From contig OZ316893.1 in assembly GCA_973895155.1 (NCBI GenBank), positions 9,177,839 to 9,241,838 on the forward strand: a DNA stretch of 64,000 bases, read 5' to 3'. The notes beneath the pieces are model-generated. The model did no database searches, was not told the origin of the DNA, and worked only from the letters and a program-made list of their open reading frames with translations. This document shows positions 37,989 to 51,843 of this stretch, one piece after another. The stretch comes from Marsupella aquatica (taxonomy: Eukaryota; Plantae; Marchantiophyta). A program made the position numbers and the translations under genes. The number at the start of each line of letters is the position of its first letter. The stretch's first letter is position 1.

Positions 37989-38856
37989 ACAATTTACCAA
38001 TAAAACAAGCTAACATGGAAGTCTGTCGAGGTTTGCTTCCTACTTTGCAAATGTCTTGGAGTCCAAACTAAGTATATCGAGACTAATACTAAGCAAAAGA
38101 CACATGACATGGTCTAGCCCATACTCGATTGTCGATCTCAAACGACGCAGAATTTCCAAAGTGGACAAGGAAAATAGAATGATCAAAAAGCAAAAAATAT
38201 TATTTAAGTTTTATCCAAGGGGGGATTCCAATGTTCCAATCTCAAAAATATGATTGATAGGATCGAAGTCACAAAAGTTGTTCTCCAAGAAGCTCCATTT
38301 TACTGCAGCAGACTACAATCATCACTGATCTTAATTAAATCACATTATTTTTCGAGCAGAGATCGACTCTACACTGTCGGTTCAACATCATTCACGTCGT
38401 CAATCGATGGCTTTAGTAACTTCAACAAAATCCCAGTGCTCAAATCAATTAGATTCATGCACTCATAGAGGCAGAAAATTAATCATTACCTCACAGACTG
38501 TATCTTTCTCATTACGGTATCTATCGTGAAGCATATGCCTCTTCCGACAGATTCAGAACAATTCTTTGTAGCTGATAAGCTTGGAGCACTCATTATTGTT
38601 GCCCACAGGGTAAACACTTTGAATTGTTGCAGGCAAAGACATATGAAACACACTCTAGATGGCGCTTTCGACAAGAATTTCATGTGCGCTACTAGCTTCA
38701 CTCGACTTTTTATTTTGTTTTCTTAACCGATGAATACTAAGGTTAAGAAATATTCACATTTTTGTAGATACCACATCCGTGGGATCAGAAACAGTCTTGA
38801 CTGTGAGACACTCACTGGGCTCCAGCAAAAGTGGATCAGATTGATTCATATGGGCT

Positions 38857-39098
38857 GAACTAGAGTCACTCTTTACAACCTCACAGAGGGATTTACCCAG
38901 AGAGAGCTAGAGTTACTCTTTACAACTTCACACAGAGATTGCCCAGAGAGAGCTAGAGTCACTCTTTACAACCTCAAAAGAGAGATTTGCCCAAAGAGGA
39001 ACTAGAGTCACTCTTTACAACCTCAAAAGAGAGATTTGCCCAGAGAGGAACTAGAGTCACTCTTTACAACTTCACAAGAGAGATTTGCCCTGAGAGGC
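38857..39098. repeat. 46-49-bp minisatellite x5
   Basis: CTAGAGT.ACTCTTTACAAC.TCA...GAGATTT.CCC units begin at 38860, 38907, 38953, 39002 and 39051. Confidence 0.95.
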
Positions 39099-39566
39099 AT
39101 GGCTATGAGGTAGCTCACTTGAGTAATCTTGCATTGAAATGTTGTGACTGGTTGTTCACTTTTTGTGTGGGGTTTCACAGATTTGAAATTGGCGCATACA
39201 TAAGTTAGGGTACAAGCACCAATTTTTCCAGAAATTATGGTTTTGCATAGGTGTTTTTAGAAGCTTCCCACTCTCATCCTACACAACTAGGACAATGTTT
39301 CACGTGTGTTCTTAGAAAGTACATTTAAAAACACAAAAAATATATACCGCAACAAAAGGCAAAAGAAATTTAAAAATACTAGTGTCTTGCTAACAACACT
39401 CTCCTCAGCAACAAAATTCACATTTGCTAACACCACAAAATTATAAAACACTAGTGTCTTGCTAACAAACACTCTAGTCCGTAACAAAATTCACATTTGC
39501 TAACAACACTAACAAAATTCACATTTGCCAGCATTATACATTATACATCCATGGCAGAGGTGCATG

Positions 39567-40826
39567 TAACACGTAGACAGACCAAACGAGAAGTGTGACC
39601 ACCAAACGAGAAGCCTGTTCAGTTTTTGCAAAAAATGGTGATACAAAATGAAGTTTTTGGTCAAAATCAACTTTTTTGAAAATAATTGGAAAATGGATTA
39701 GTTTTTGCATTGCGTCCATTGATGTTTTTGGAGCTAAACTAATGATCATGAGATTAAAAATCTGAATGTCATCTTTAGTGAGAGATTAGAGACGAGAATC
39801 CTCATATTTGGAAAAACAAATTGTGTTAGATAAATTTTTGCAATGGTTTCCAAACTCAAGATTTTGACAAAAATCAAAATTTTTATGATGAGAGAAAGTG
39901 CACTCAACTTTTAACATGCCAAAAGTGATACCATGTATCACATTTTGGATGCAGTGTAGGAATTGGCTAGCGCAACCCCCCCAAATGTTGATTGACGCAA
40001 TAATGAAAATAATGACAACAATTTATAAATTTAAATTCACGCAAAACTCCAAATTTGACTATCATGTCAAGCCAAGGTTTAGGGAGCTACCACGTAACTG
40101 CGTAGTTAAGCCCACAATTACTTTAACTCAGAACTGGTTAAGCTAACTAAGACACATCAATTGTACCCCCGCAATTATGGACCAATATTGTTGCACTGTT
40201 AAAACCAGCAAACCTAATCCCAATCATGATCCATGGATCATGGGTTACTGTCCATACACAAAACTAACCGTTAAAAGCATGATCCATTTTTAAACCCATA
40301 AAATAATGAGGGGAATTCCATCTGTGATCCATGGATCACCAATGTTCTCAAACTTAAAACACTATCCTCAAAAATTTCTTAAAAGTTTTTCTCATCTCTA
40401 AAACCTTGAGGGGAAGCACAATCGTGATACGCAGATCAAAACTCTTGCGGACACAATAAAACTCATCTCAAAAACACCTACTTTTACCATAGTAGGATTC
40501 TTCTTGGGTTAACTTGACCACAGTTGGTATCTTTTTGGAATATGCCCTATTGGGTATGCCATGCTTTGAAGTCTAGTTGTTAAGGAATGTAAAATATGAT
40601 ACTCTATTTTGTATTGCCTCCATAGAAATTGATGATACAGAATGTCGTACTTCATTTTATGACATTCACTAGTCCAAATTTGGGATGTTTTGTTTTTCTG
40701 CTTCAAAATGTTTGATTTTGTAGGAAATCTTGATTTGTATCACGTTGTGTTTTACACTTAGAAAAAATTTGGGGTGGCCCAAACAAGAAGCCTGTCACAT
40801 TTCTCGTTTGGTCCGTCAACGTGTTA
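39567..40826. mobile_element. Non-autonomous TIR DNA transposon (about 1.26 kb), possible TA target duplication
   Basis: 39567-39599 TAACACGTAGACAGACCAAACGAGAAGTGTGAC versus 40794-40826 GTCACATTTCTCGTTTGGTCCGTCAACGTGTTA: a 30/33 inverted match. AT-rich, non-coding interior. Confidence 0.75.
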
Positions 40827-42599
40827 TGTTAGTATATTTTGTTAGTGGGGTCTAAAATTTTACTTATAATGTGCCAACTACAAGCTAGAGGTGGGGCCTA
40901 GGCTTCTATCTAGACCATACCTTTATGACTCATCATGTGGATAGGAACTCATGACTATAATATATGTCAAATAATAATCATGCATTGTTTTTGTCATGAT
41001 TTCTAGTTACATTAAAAATGAACTATACCCACCATGAGATATGTGCATAGAAATTGAGATATGTGCATAGAACAAAATATATTATGTTATGTATAATTAC
41101 ATGCATGAATAAATTTTGGTGACATTTTTATTGTACTCTCTCAAAGAATGGGTAGTATGGATCACTTAATGAGAGAATGGGTAATATGGATCACTTTCTT
41201 TGTAAGACCACGTCAGGCTGGTTACAGTAAATGACCATTGACTCGGGAGCAATCCAGTCCGACTGAAAATGCAATGTTGGATTTTCTACAGTAGACCGCG
41301 TTCATCCTCTAACGATATTGTGATTGCCGTAGCTCGTCCGGAGACGACCAAGCTGTTTGTAAGACGACAAGTCATTCGGAAAGTATACTTTAATCTGGAG
41401 AACTCCGTCTGGCACAACGTGCTTGGACCGTAGCGTCGTGTAAAGAATCACAAACACCTACAGTATCTCGGAGAGGAAATTCTCATCAATATATGCTGCG
41501 AGCTTGAGTTCTGCTGGGTCGTTTCCGAACATTGGGCGAAATTTATTTGTCCTGCACGTACGTTTCCACAGGATTGGCTTCCCAACCTGGGTTCCCTTTC
41601 GAATCTCACTCCATGCAATGTTTATGATATTTACGAATTGTGGACGAAAATCCACTATTCATTTGAAGCTTTACATGGGAATTGATCACGCTAAGTTATT
41701 TTGATTGAGTTGCGAGGACCCCCACAGCTTTCAGCAGGACCTCAAAGCAACTTGTCTTCCTTCCTCTCCATATATTCTATTTAATATAGAAGTTTTGCCA
41801 TACCAAAGATCCTAATTCTTATGTTCTGTTATGTTATATGATTTGAACGATGGGTCGTTGCCGTAACGAGTAAATTCAAATATGAAACGATCACAGGGAG
41901 TCCAACGCTATCTGGAATCTATGTTAGCGCATGTTCTCTTTCAATCTGTTTCCTTTCTCTCCACCTTACTTAGTGGTTTGTCCATTTTCTGAGAGAGCGA
42001 GAGTATTACTTTCAAGCATATTGTGTTAAATTATACTCCATATCTTAGGGTGAGGAAAAGTCACAGTGCAGCCCACTATAAGGATTTTGATGGTGCACAA
42101 GTTTGAGTTTACTTCTGGACTGTTTCCACTTCTTAGCTATAGTAGACTTCGCTAAGTCTGGGCTAGATATTATAAACTATTTTGCAGCATCCCTATTGAT
42201 CTTTCCACACCTTGCCCTGAGCGGGATGTTATTTATATGGATGCATAAATCCTTTGTAGGTCTTATTGATAATAAAGGTTCTATCCGAGTCATCATGGGA
42301 GAGCCTCAAGAATTAATGGAGCCTCAGCCCACTGGCCGGCAGGGGCTTCCATGCACTGCCTTCCAATTAATTGCACTGGTTCCTGAGAGGCTGATGGAAA
42401 AAAGCGGTGGCGTCAGCGGAAATTCCAAGACTTCCTAACTGTGCACTACATAATTATATGGTCATGTAATGCCAAGTTGGGACATCGCCACATCGGGACG
42501 TTGTGAGAGCATCTCGAATCGAGGGGGATCCCACAGCGATGTCACCTAATTCATCAATATAAAATCTAGCTGTTGACTCAGTTGCTAAATTGCCATTAC

Positions 42600-42631
42600 C
42601 CTCAGTCCCTCAGTCCCTCAGTCCCTCAGTC
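42600..42631. repeat. 8-bp microsatellite (CCTCAGTC) x4
   Basis: Directly visible. Confidence 0.85.
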
Positions 42632-43957
42632 TACAGTATTTGTTTGACGTTTCTAAAAGAATATATACTGATTTGAAAAAGAAACAAAATTAAACTCAAA
42701 ACGGACAACGGCCAAGTAGGAAAACTGAACTCCACGAAAGAATAATAAATGAAAAGCACCCCATACGTAGTGGCGCTCTGTGAAACAAAAATTGAGCCAC
42801 GAATGGGGCCACGGACTAAAATCTACCTACAACAAAAATAATTTTAAATTGAACCCCAATTCAAGAAGGATTAAAGTGGTCTAAGTGAATTTTAAGTGGG
42901 GCAAGCTAGCGTCCAGAACAGTGACATGGATGAGCTGGCTTCCAGTACGTAGACTTTCTTTCCCCCGACCCAACAGAGTGGAAAGATCTCTTGCATGTCT
43001 GTAGCTAACTGTGATAGATATTGTGATATCAGTCAAACCCACTTCAGCAAGTTAGTGCCCCAGAGTCATTAGTGATCCCTGATGGTAAAATCTGAATCAT
43101 CTACCAATGGGTCATACATTACGTTAAAGCTAGTGTAGTGATCGAGCCTGCTGGGGCAGAAAAGTCAAAGTCATAACCAAGGCCCTACTATACGGTTGGT
43201 CTTGCACGCTGTCAGAAATAGATTCAGGTTCATCAGCACGAACTTATCTACTGCATGCACTCTCAGATCGAGTGACTGTGAAGTGTACAGTTCGGTAGTC
43301 CATGTAATGTCCTTGGACACCTCCCTTTTTTGAATGTCGGAGATCTAACTATGTGATCTTCCGCCGAAGGACTTCTGGCTCACACCAGACTCGAAATGCT
43401 CGTCGAATGGACGATGATATCGTTATGCAATGCTCGATTATCTCGCAGTAAACATGAGGTTCTATGGTAGGCTAGCTGAATGGCCGGCACGTCTTTAACC
43501 AGAAACACAGCTTTAATTTTATCAAGGAGGTGCTTTGCTGCGCGGAAAGGGCACTGTCATAGAACTTCAGCAGAGAAGATATGTACAGATACTAAGGTTA
43601 GTAGAGGACTAGAGGGAAAGCTGGGAACTTCCTTAAAGCTTCGCCAGTGGATGGTGCAAATCGACAAGCTAGCAATAAGAGGATGGCTGTGTTAAATTGG
43701 ATTCATTTGGATTTCAATGAATGGACTCGATTTCAATGGGTTCTACAGGCTGATCATGGGGAAGTTGCAACTCACTATGAGAGGTTGGGCTAACTATGAA
43801 AACTGTGCCTCGATCACCATCGGCTACGTGGAAAATGGATCGTCTTGGAGACGAGTAGAACAGGTGAATCGGATAGAGGCTTAGGTAAGGAAGTTGCAGA
43901 ATCCTGATGTAGGACCTTTTATATTATGAAGTAATTTTCAGGCTGCTCAAGGTGCCA

Positions 43958-46900
43958 ATGGAGATACTCTACCAAGGAAGAAAGTTAATTTGGTTTCAGG
44001 TTCTGCTCGTCATCGTCGTGCCGTGGATCTCTTCTGTTACTGGTCAAGAAGGTGAGTGCTGGCCTCCGGAAACTCATTGTGTTGATTACTCGGACGGTTG
44101 TCGACAAGCTCGAACTTTCTTATCGACGACTCCCTATACTTGTATGTGCAGATTACGGATAACATAAAAATTTAGTTGACATCGGGGTCGACATACAACT
44201 AGCTAGAAACGAAGTGATTGAAATACTGGTGTTTGAAGACGCGGATTGCTTACAAACCGCATGATTGGTGGATTGATCCTTGCTCGCTGGTACATAGAGC
44301 ATAATTTTCTTTACCGTACCTGAGTCGGTTTCTTCGAGTTCCTTCAATTCGCAAATGTTGGACCTCACATGCGGACGAACAAAGATAGAAGCGGGTCTCT
44401 TTAATCCTCATGAAGCACACATCAGCCATTTGCGGCTAGATTATCTTCGTAGAGCACGTGCCCTGCATGGCATGGCAGGCTTACCTCAGAACATCACAGC
44501 CTACCTTGACTGTTACTTTTTCCTGGAGGAAGTCGATCGTGTTCAATGCCAGGCACGATAACATGTAGACAAGTTTAAGCAGAAACTGCTCTTCGTTTCA
44601 TCAAATTCTCAATGCTGACTGTATTCTGAGAGGTATTTTCCGCTAGTCTTTAATCTTTATGTACATAAATTCACTAGTGTCCACTCTTGCAGGGTTTCTG
44701 AGCATTGACTGTGGGAGTGATCAAGCCTACCGTGACAACGTCACTGGAATCCAGTGGGATACGGATGCTGACTACATCTCGACAGGGACGAACATAAACG
44801 GCATTATTGTCCGCAGTGATGACAATACTCCTATTCCCAATTTCGCGCAATCGCGAAACCTCCGATATTTTGATGGTCAACACGGCAGGGACTGCTACGT
44901 GCTGCCCGTGCTGTCTGGGGAAACCTACCTTCTACGAGCAACGTTCTTCTATGGGAGCTTGGGGAACGGTAGTAGCACGACCTATGTGTCCATGTACCTA
45001 GACAACAACTTGGTGTACAACTACTATTGGGACGCAGGTAAGTAACTTACTGTTCTGGAGAAACATACCGTTGGGTTGGCCTGATCAGTGCTTAAAATGT
45101 TTGTGTGTTTCATTTTATCGAAGTTTGTCCTCTAGACCAAAAAGGAGCCTTTCTGATAAATGCACATAAAAAGGTAGTAGCAGATTGCTTGTACCCACAG
45201 GTTGAAGGGATTTTCAAGATCACCATAAATCTACTAATTTTTCAATACCACCATAAACTCTATTATTCTGTTATATCATTGATTGTTATTCCTTTAGTTG
45301 TTGATTTGGATGTGCAATTACAGGCGAGAAAAAATAATGTATTGTTGTGTAATATGGCTGAGTGTCGCTCCCTTTTGATGTGCAATTACCGTAAGCAAAA
45401 GAAGGGTCTCTTATATAGTTAAGGATTCTGCACGCTTCATGCCAAATATTCATACTTCTTATCACTTAGTTTGGCTGTAAGTGAGGGTGTCCCACATATC
45501 ATCGATCACTCTCTTTCACGTTTATGTACTGTGGGTACTATAGAAATCCCTAGGAAAATTCGGTTTGTCTGCTTCGTATATGAATGCGGGTTTGGATTGT
45601 ACTGTCTTATTCAGGGACACTGCTATACAAATCTGTTACGTTTGAGATGATCTATTCTGCTCCCCGACAAACATCGAATTTGTGCTTAATTCGAGATCAA
45701 GGTCCGAGTTTCATATCTGCGCTGGAGCTCCGACGACTGAACAAAAGCATGTACGCTAATCATAATGTGCTGGGGTTGGGGACATCGCTGAACCAGTACA
45801 TCGCCATGCACTACAGATTTAATGTCGGACCCGATCCCGGGGATCCTAGCCAGTTCTGGAGGTACAGAAATCTTGGATGCCTTCACCTACATTAGGGCAA
45901 TTTCTCCTATTATCTGATTGAATTGTTATGTTTCGGAAGTTCTAAGAGCTACACTCGATCCTCTCAGAACCCAACATAAGCAAGGAAACGCATGAAATAG
46001 CGAATGAATCACGGGCTATGAGTACGCGCTCGAGAGTTTGTGGGAGATTAGGTTAGACAAACAGTGTCATGGCTTCGTCATGTCTCCATTACGGGGCGCC
46101 CTAGAACAATTCTATTTCACAGGCCAGTTTCTTCCCAATTAGCGCAGGCGCCTCAGCTGCGCGTGACTCCCTAGCCCGCGATATGTTCTTCATTTTTTCG
46201 TGTGCTGCTTGCACGCATATAAGTTAACTTCAGAATGTTGTGATGACAGATATCGCAATGATACCTACGACCGCGTCTGGTCAGTGCCGGAAGTGCTGAC
46301 TAGCGGCACACTCGTAAGTAACAACAATATTTCCAACTCGTCGGACTTTTCTCAAGACCCAGATCGACCGCCAGGAGTTGTGATGCAGGATGGGTGGCTT
46401 TATTATGACAGCCCCACCGTGTCGGAAGTATTCTCTTTTCCGGGCATCGTTGGTCCAGCTTACGTTGCTGCCTACTTCCAGGAGCTCGACAGCAACGCTT
46501 CTGCCACCAATGTCCGAGGAATGGATTTCATTTTAAATGGTGTTTTTCAACAATCATTCAACGTTTCAGATAAACCCAAGGAGGTTTCTGCCATTCAGAA
46601 TATTACGGATACGTACGTCAACATAACCTTTGCACAAGCAAGTTGGTCCCGCTTGGGACCCATGGTGAATGCCTTCGAGATATATTCGATACACGGGTTC
46701 AACATTTCGACAACTGTTGATGAAGATGGTGAGTTCTTGTGAGAATCTTCCTGACCACCCTCCGGATCACTTCCACGGACATCTCAAAACAACTTTGACA
46801 GGATAATGTCCATCAGATTCATTCTGTTGTTCAGAAAATCGATACCATAAATAGTAAAACAACGTAGTTTCTTAAGCAATGAGAGCTGATATAGCGAAGC

Positions 46901-49900
46901 TTCTAACAATTCCTTTGAACTGTGCTTCTATTTTCAGTGAGCGCCCTTTACGCTCTCCAAGCCCGTTTAAATTTGACTCACTGGACCGGCGATCCGTGTC
47001 TCCCCGCTGGATATGCATATGACTGGTTAAGTTGCAGTGATGATGTTCATCCACGGATTACCCACCTGTGAGTTGAATATTTTTTTGTCACACATTACAG
47101 TCGATATGTATTCCAAGCATGAAGCTGATTGAACTCCATCAAAGTTTTGGTGCTCCAATCAAAATTTCGATATGCCGTTTTTTCTGGTGAGGCATAAAGT
47201 GTGAATACTCTTTACCTGTGTCCTAGTACCAGCCCTAGTAGCAAGAAAGTAATCAATTTGTTACTCACGTCTTCCTGCAGGCTGCTTTCTAATAAGGGGT
47301 TCGGGGGGATAATTCCACCGGAGATCGCCAGTCTTACGGCGTTAACCGATTTGTAAGCTTTTCTCCCTTTCACGCGTGTTTTGTTAACTATACTCCCGTG
47401 CTTGTTGAAAAAGTTAGGAAATTGTACATTTCGGTGCGAATGGAGGATTGGTGCCTCTCTTTGAACGCCACTATCTTGGGAACAGTCTTGTAGGTAATTA
47501 AATCCTAAATTTCTTTTCGTCTGGAAAAAATGCCCTATGTTGAGTGAAGAAGGTCCGAGATTATATTGAAGTTCATTTGTAGTCATCATTATATAGCTGA
47601 TGATCACAGAAAAATATTTTGTCAAGAGTATAGCTGACCATTAATAGAAGGTGCCGCAATTCTTCTAGGCGATGCCATTTCAAATGGCACTATTCACCCA
47701 TTTTCTGATGCCTGCCGAGAACCATTTTAGAATAGAGTTTTTAAAATGCTCCACAATCATAAAAAAATATCTACAGGACAATTGCAACACTTCGACGTTG
47801 CCCTAGTTGTGAGCTCGACTTTTAGAGGGAACTGAGCCGTTTTTCTTGTTTCCCAGGGAACTCAGTAACAACAGCTTCTCTGGTTCGATACCAGATTTCA
47901 GCAATCTTCAACACCTTCAAACTATGTAAGAGTCCAGAGATAGCTTCGATTTCAGGTGTATTGACATTTTTATTACAGAGTATAACCAATTAATGTATGT
48001 AGCTGTACTATATTTCATCATCGATCATCCGCGCTTGGTTTTGATCGAGCAGACAAACTTTTGTCCGTGAATCACGCTGGAGTACCTTCGTGCACACAAA
48101 ACAGTCAGTCTGTTATGTTTTGTCTTGCGACTATATGGTTTCCCCCACTTCAGTTGATATTTCTTACCGTCGTTCATCAAATACTTGATCGCAGATATTT
48201 GGAAGACAACAACTTGACTGGAGCAATTCCAGCTTTCCTAGGCAGTTCGTTTCCAAATCTGACCCGATTGTAAGTGTGAATTGGACACAGGCAATGAGAC
48301 TTATAACCTTTATTTTGGGAAAAGCCCTGTTTTTACAATGTTCAGGATAAGTGGAAAGTCGCCTCAAACAAAGAGATGCTGAGGATTATTACGGTCATGA
48401 ACAACTGGAAGAACGAACCAGTGACAAGAACAGTTGTCTCTTGATGTACCCTATGGCTAAATGATGGTCTATTCATACACGGGTCATCACCCTTATTCGA
48501 CAATCAAATGCCGCAAATCATCAGAGTCAGTGTATCGTGCGATTGGACAGCTCCGTCGGATCAAGATCGTGTGATTTAAATGCTCTTGAATTTGGATTTG
48601 ACGAAAGCGCAAAGCAAATTCATTCCTTAACGTAACATCATGCCCGTAACCTGGTTTTACTTGTAGGGCCCTGGACAACAATAATCTCAGTGGAACAGTG
48701 CCATCTGACCTTAACAAACAAGGTTTGATCCTCACGTAAGTCCAGATAATCCATCCAAGAAAGTTTTAGAAGGTGAATATCGAAGACTTGATTTTCCGCA
48801 GCTCATGTTGGTCCTACATTAATATGGTAACAACGCACGAATGTAACGTTACAGAGTTGATGTATCAAGCGCATGCTTGTTACAGTTAGCAAGCTGATTT
48901 CTGACATCATGTGTGAATGCGTTGATACAGCTTTTCAAACAACCCTGAACTTATAACTCCGCCATGGTACAACCAAACCTCCACCAGTTCAAGTGGAACA
49001 AACATTGGAGCGCTTGTGGGTGGCATCATCGGTGGTCTTGTTGTACTAGCTGTCGCCACCGGGATCGTATGGCTGCTCTACACAAGAAAAAGTAGAGCTA
49101 GGTCTAACATCATCAGAGCCATAGAAAATGCAGGTGGGTACTTGGGAAATTGATCACCTTTGCACCAAATGCACCTGAGCTCATCAAGACTTTTGTGCCC
49201 GTCGTGGCCCCGCATAATGCCATGAACGGTTTTGGAACGACATCAATGTGACACGCTTCTCTTTGCACTGCTATGTGCAGAAAATCAATCTGAGAACCCG
49301 GATTCGAGCTCAAACAGTAGGAAAGCTCTTGCAGGGTCCACGACCGTGATCTCGTTACAAGAGGTCAGCGACGCGACCAAGAAGTTTTCGACGAAACTTG
49401 GTGAAGGGTCATTCGGGCCGGTTTATTATGGACAGCTTTCGAATGGACAGGAAGTGGCTGCCAAAGTGAAGTCAACGGATTCCCGTCAAGGAGCCACTGA
49501 GTTTTTGAACGAGGTTTGTTCATATGGCCAGTCAAATTACAAAATGCTTGAGAAACCTCCGGAAGAGCTCAGTGTTCTAAAAACTAACCTATAACTGGCT
49601 GAAATCTTCTTTGCAAAGTTGAAGTAGACTGTCGAACCCTGAGAAGAAGAAAAGTGAGCTTAACTACTACATTGTATCAACTTGAACGCTTGATCAGCTT
49701 CTCCAGCTTTAATTCGAATGCTGCGTGCAGGTAAGAATATTCTGTTTCTCACAACATGCGTGGTACAAACACAGGTTGAACTTCTCTCACGGATTCATCA
49801 TAGGAACCTGGTGTCTTTGGTTGGTTACTGTGAAGAAGCGAACCAACAAATTCTTATTTACGTTTATGTTTCTAATGGAACTCTTCGCGAGCACCTTTAT

Positions 49901-51843
49901 GGTAAATCTAGTTTGTGCTATAACTTTTGCATTCATTAAGTTGCACATGCCACTTTCTGAGATTGTTTGCCTTATTAATAAGGTGTAGATCTGTGAAAGC
50001 GATTAAGTCCCCAAAAGTACTCAACTCTGCATAAAGTCAGATTGTAGAGTTGGAAATGTGGTTGTTGATCTTGTAGGTGACAAGGCAAGAAAAACGCTGG
50101 ATTGGAGAACACGAGTCGACATTGCTCTTAATGCCGCCAGAGGTCTGAGCAGTACATTCAATACTCCTTCGAGCTATTCCCTCTTCCTTGAGCAATGGTC
50201 ATGTAAAACTGGGAGCAATCAGCAAAGCTAGTTATGGAGAAAGATGTTAATATGAGTAATGCATGAAACAAGGGGCTGGAGCGAGGGTCGCAATAGTACA
50301 CATTGCCTTAAAGTGCATGTGAAGTGTATTATGATTAACCAGTCCATATTGTCCGGTACTATCCCCGAGATAATCTAATGCAATTATAATTAAACGCCCG
50401 AAGAGCCCTCGATCAAGGTCTATTAATGTTAAGTTAAACCTTTTTATGAATTTATCAGGACCTACTTAGGAGATATAAATGGATTCTTAATTCACAAACT
50501 AGCTCTTACAAAATATAAATATATAAGCTCAGCCTCGCTTGTAGGAATCTCTACTCTTACTGAAAGGTTTAAGGTTGATAGCATTTGTAATGTTTCTCTC
50601 CTGACCTGTTGGCTTTCATTGCAGGTCTTGAGTATCTGCATACGGATTGCAATCCTCGGATCATTCATCGTGACGTCAAGTCTAGCAATATTCTTCTAGA
50701 TGAAAATATGGTTGCCAAGGTTGCTGACTTTGGGCTCTCAAAGCAGGCTCCTGAAGGGATATTTAGCGGTGTTGATACGCTCTTGAAGGGCACACCTGGT
50801 TACTTCGATCCAGAGTATGCATTCGGGCTCTTCCTGGCTGCATTAGGCTCGCATGGACCGTATCGAAGGATGAATTCTTGCTCGTCCAAAGTTCTACATA
50901 AAGACTTTGGACACGTAGATTAGGGGACAATGGCTTTACATGCACAGTCACGGACATTGAAAACTGCGAGCTAACTAACAATCCATTCACACTGAAATCC
51001 TTTGCAGATATTTCATCACGCAACGGTTGACTCCGAAGAGCGACGTATACAGTTTTGGAGTTGTTCTCTTGGAGATAATTACAGGTCGCCATCCTCACGT
51101 TTCGGACTTTCCAGACGGTACATGTGACACTCTCATCCAATGGGTATGTTTCTTATAGAACTCTTTACAAATTACGCATATGTACTTAACAGAATGATCT
51201 GGAGCAGGCTATGATATCTAGAGCAGCATCTAGGTTAGACTGTACAGATATTGAACAGATGACGTAGGCACGCCTCTCTGCTCAGTGTCTATTAGCCCAA
51301 TCATGTATTCCTTGAAACTATACTCTAAGGTTCATTGCGAATAGAACTAGTTACTGTGAAAATTTGGCGAAACTCACAAGGGCCTTGAATAAAGTCCTCG
51401 CGATACCGCAGCTGCTTTTCTGATGATACCACTTAACAACTCGTTACTCAAATATATTCACTGTAGAGAAATGTATGCCAACGTACATGCAGGTGCGCAC
51501 GGCAGAAAGTAACGGCCACTTGATGGATATTGTTGACCCGTCTCTGAATGGAGAGTTCAACGAGGAGTCTATGATGAAAGTGATATCCCTGGCAGTCACG
51601 AGCACTGACTACACAACAGCGTACCGGCCGGACATGAAACAGGTTGTGCGCTCACTTACAGAGGCCATCGAACTTGAAGTCTATTCTGAGATTCTTCACA
51701 AAAATGATAATGATATTGATGCATCTATTGCCGAAGAGAACGATGAGGGCCCACAGTACGCTGATTTCGGTACTTTCAGTCTTCCAGTAACCCAGGCAAG
51801 CACCACGCAAAATGGTCTCGAAATTGGTCCCGCAACCAGGTAG
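43958..51843 (+). CDS. Malectin-like domain / GDPC / LRR receptor-like kinase (LRR-I/SYMRK-type architecture), copy 1. 16 exons: 43958-44051, 44693-45037, 45615-45861, 46250-46728, 46938-47067, 47281-47352, 47857-47925, 48195-48269, 48667-48735, 48931-49133, 49281-49513, 49775-49901, 50077-50142, 50625-50814, 51008-51143, 51493-51843
   Basis: Signal peptide; [33 protein letters not shown] and [10 protein letters not shown]; WTGDPCLP; four 69-75 nt LRR exons; TM helix; kinase motifs [23 protein letters not shown] and [10 protein letters not shown]. Canonical splice sites in frame. Confidence 0.93.

Noticed and set aside
38857-39098. CRISPR-like repeat or 73-aa ORF at 38987
   Set aside because: Head-to-tail units with no unique spacers; the ORF is a by-product of the repeat.
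41200-41704. Possible ubiquitin-like or F-box fragment on the minus strand
   Set aside because: Resemblance is limited to a few residues across stops; too weak to annotate.
43958-51843. Assigning the symbol SYMRK
   Set aside because: The architecture is shared by many LRR-I kinases, and orthology needs a phylogeny.
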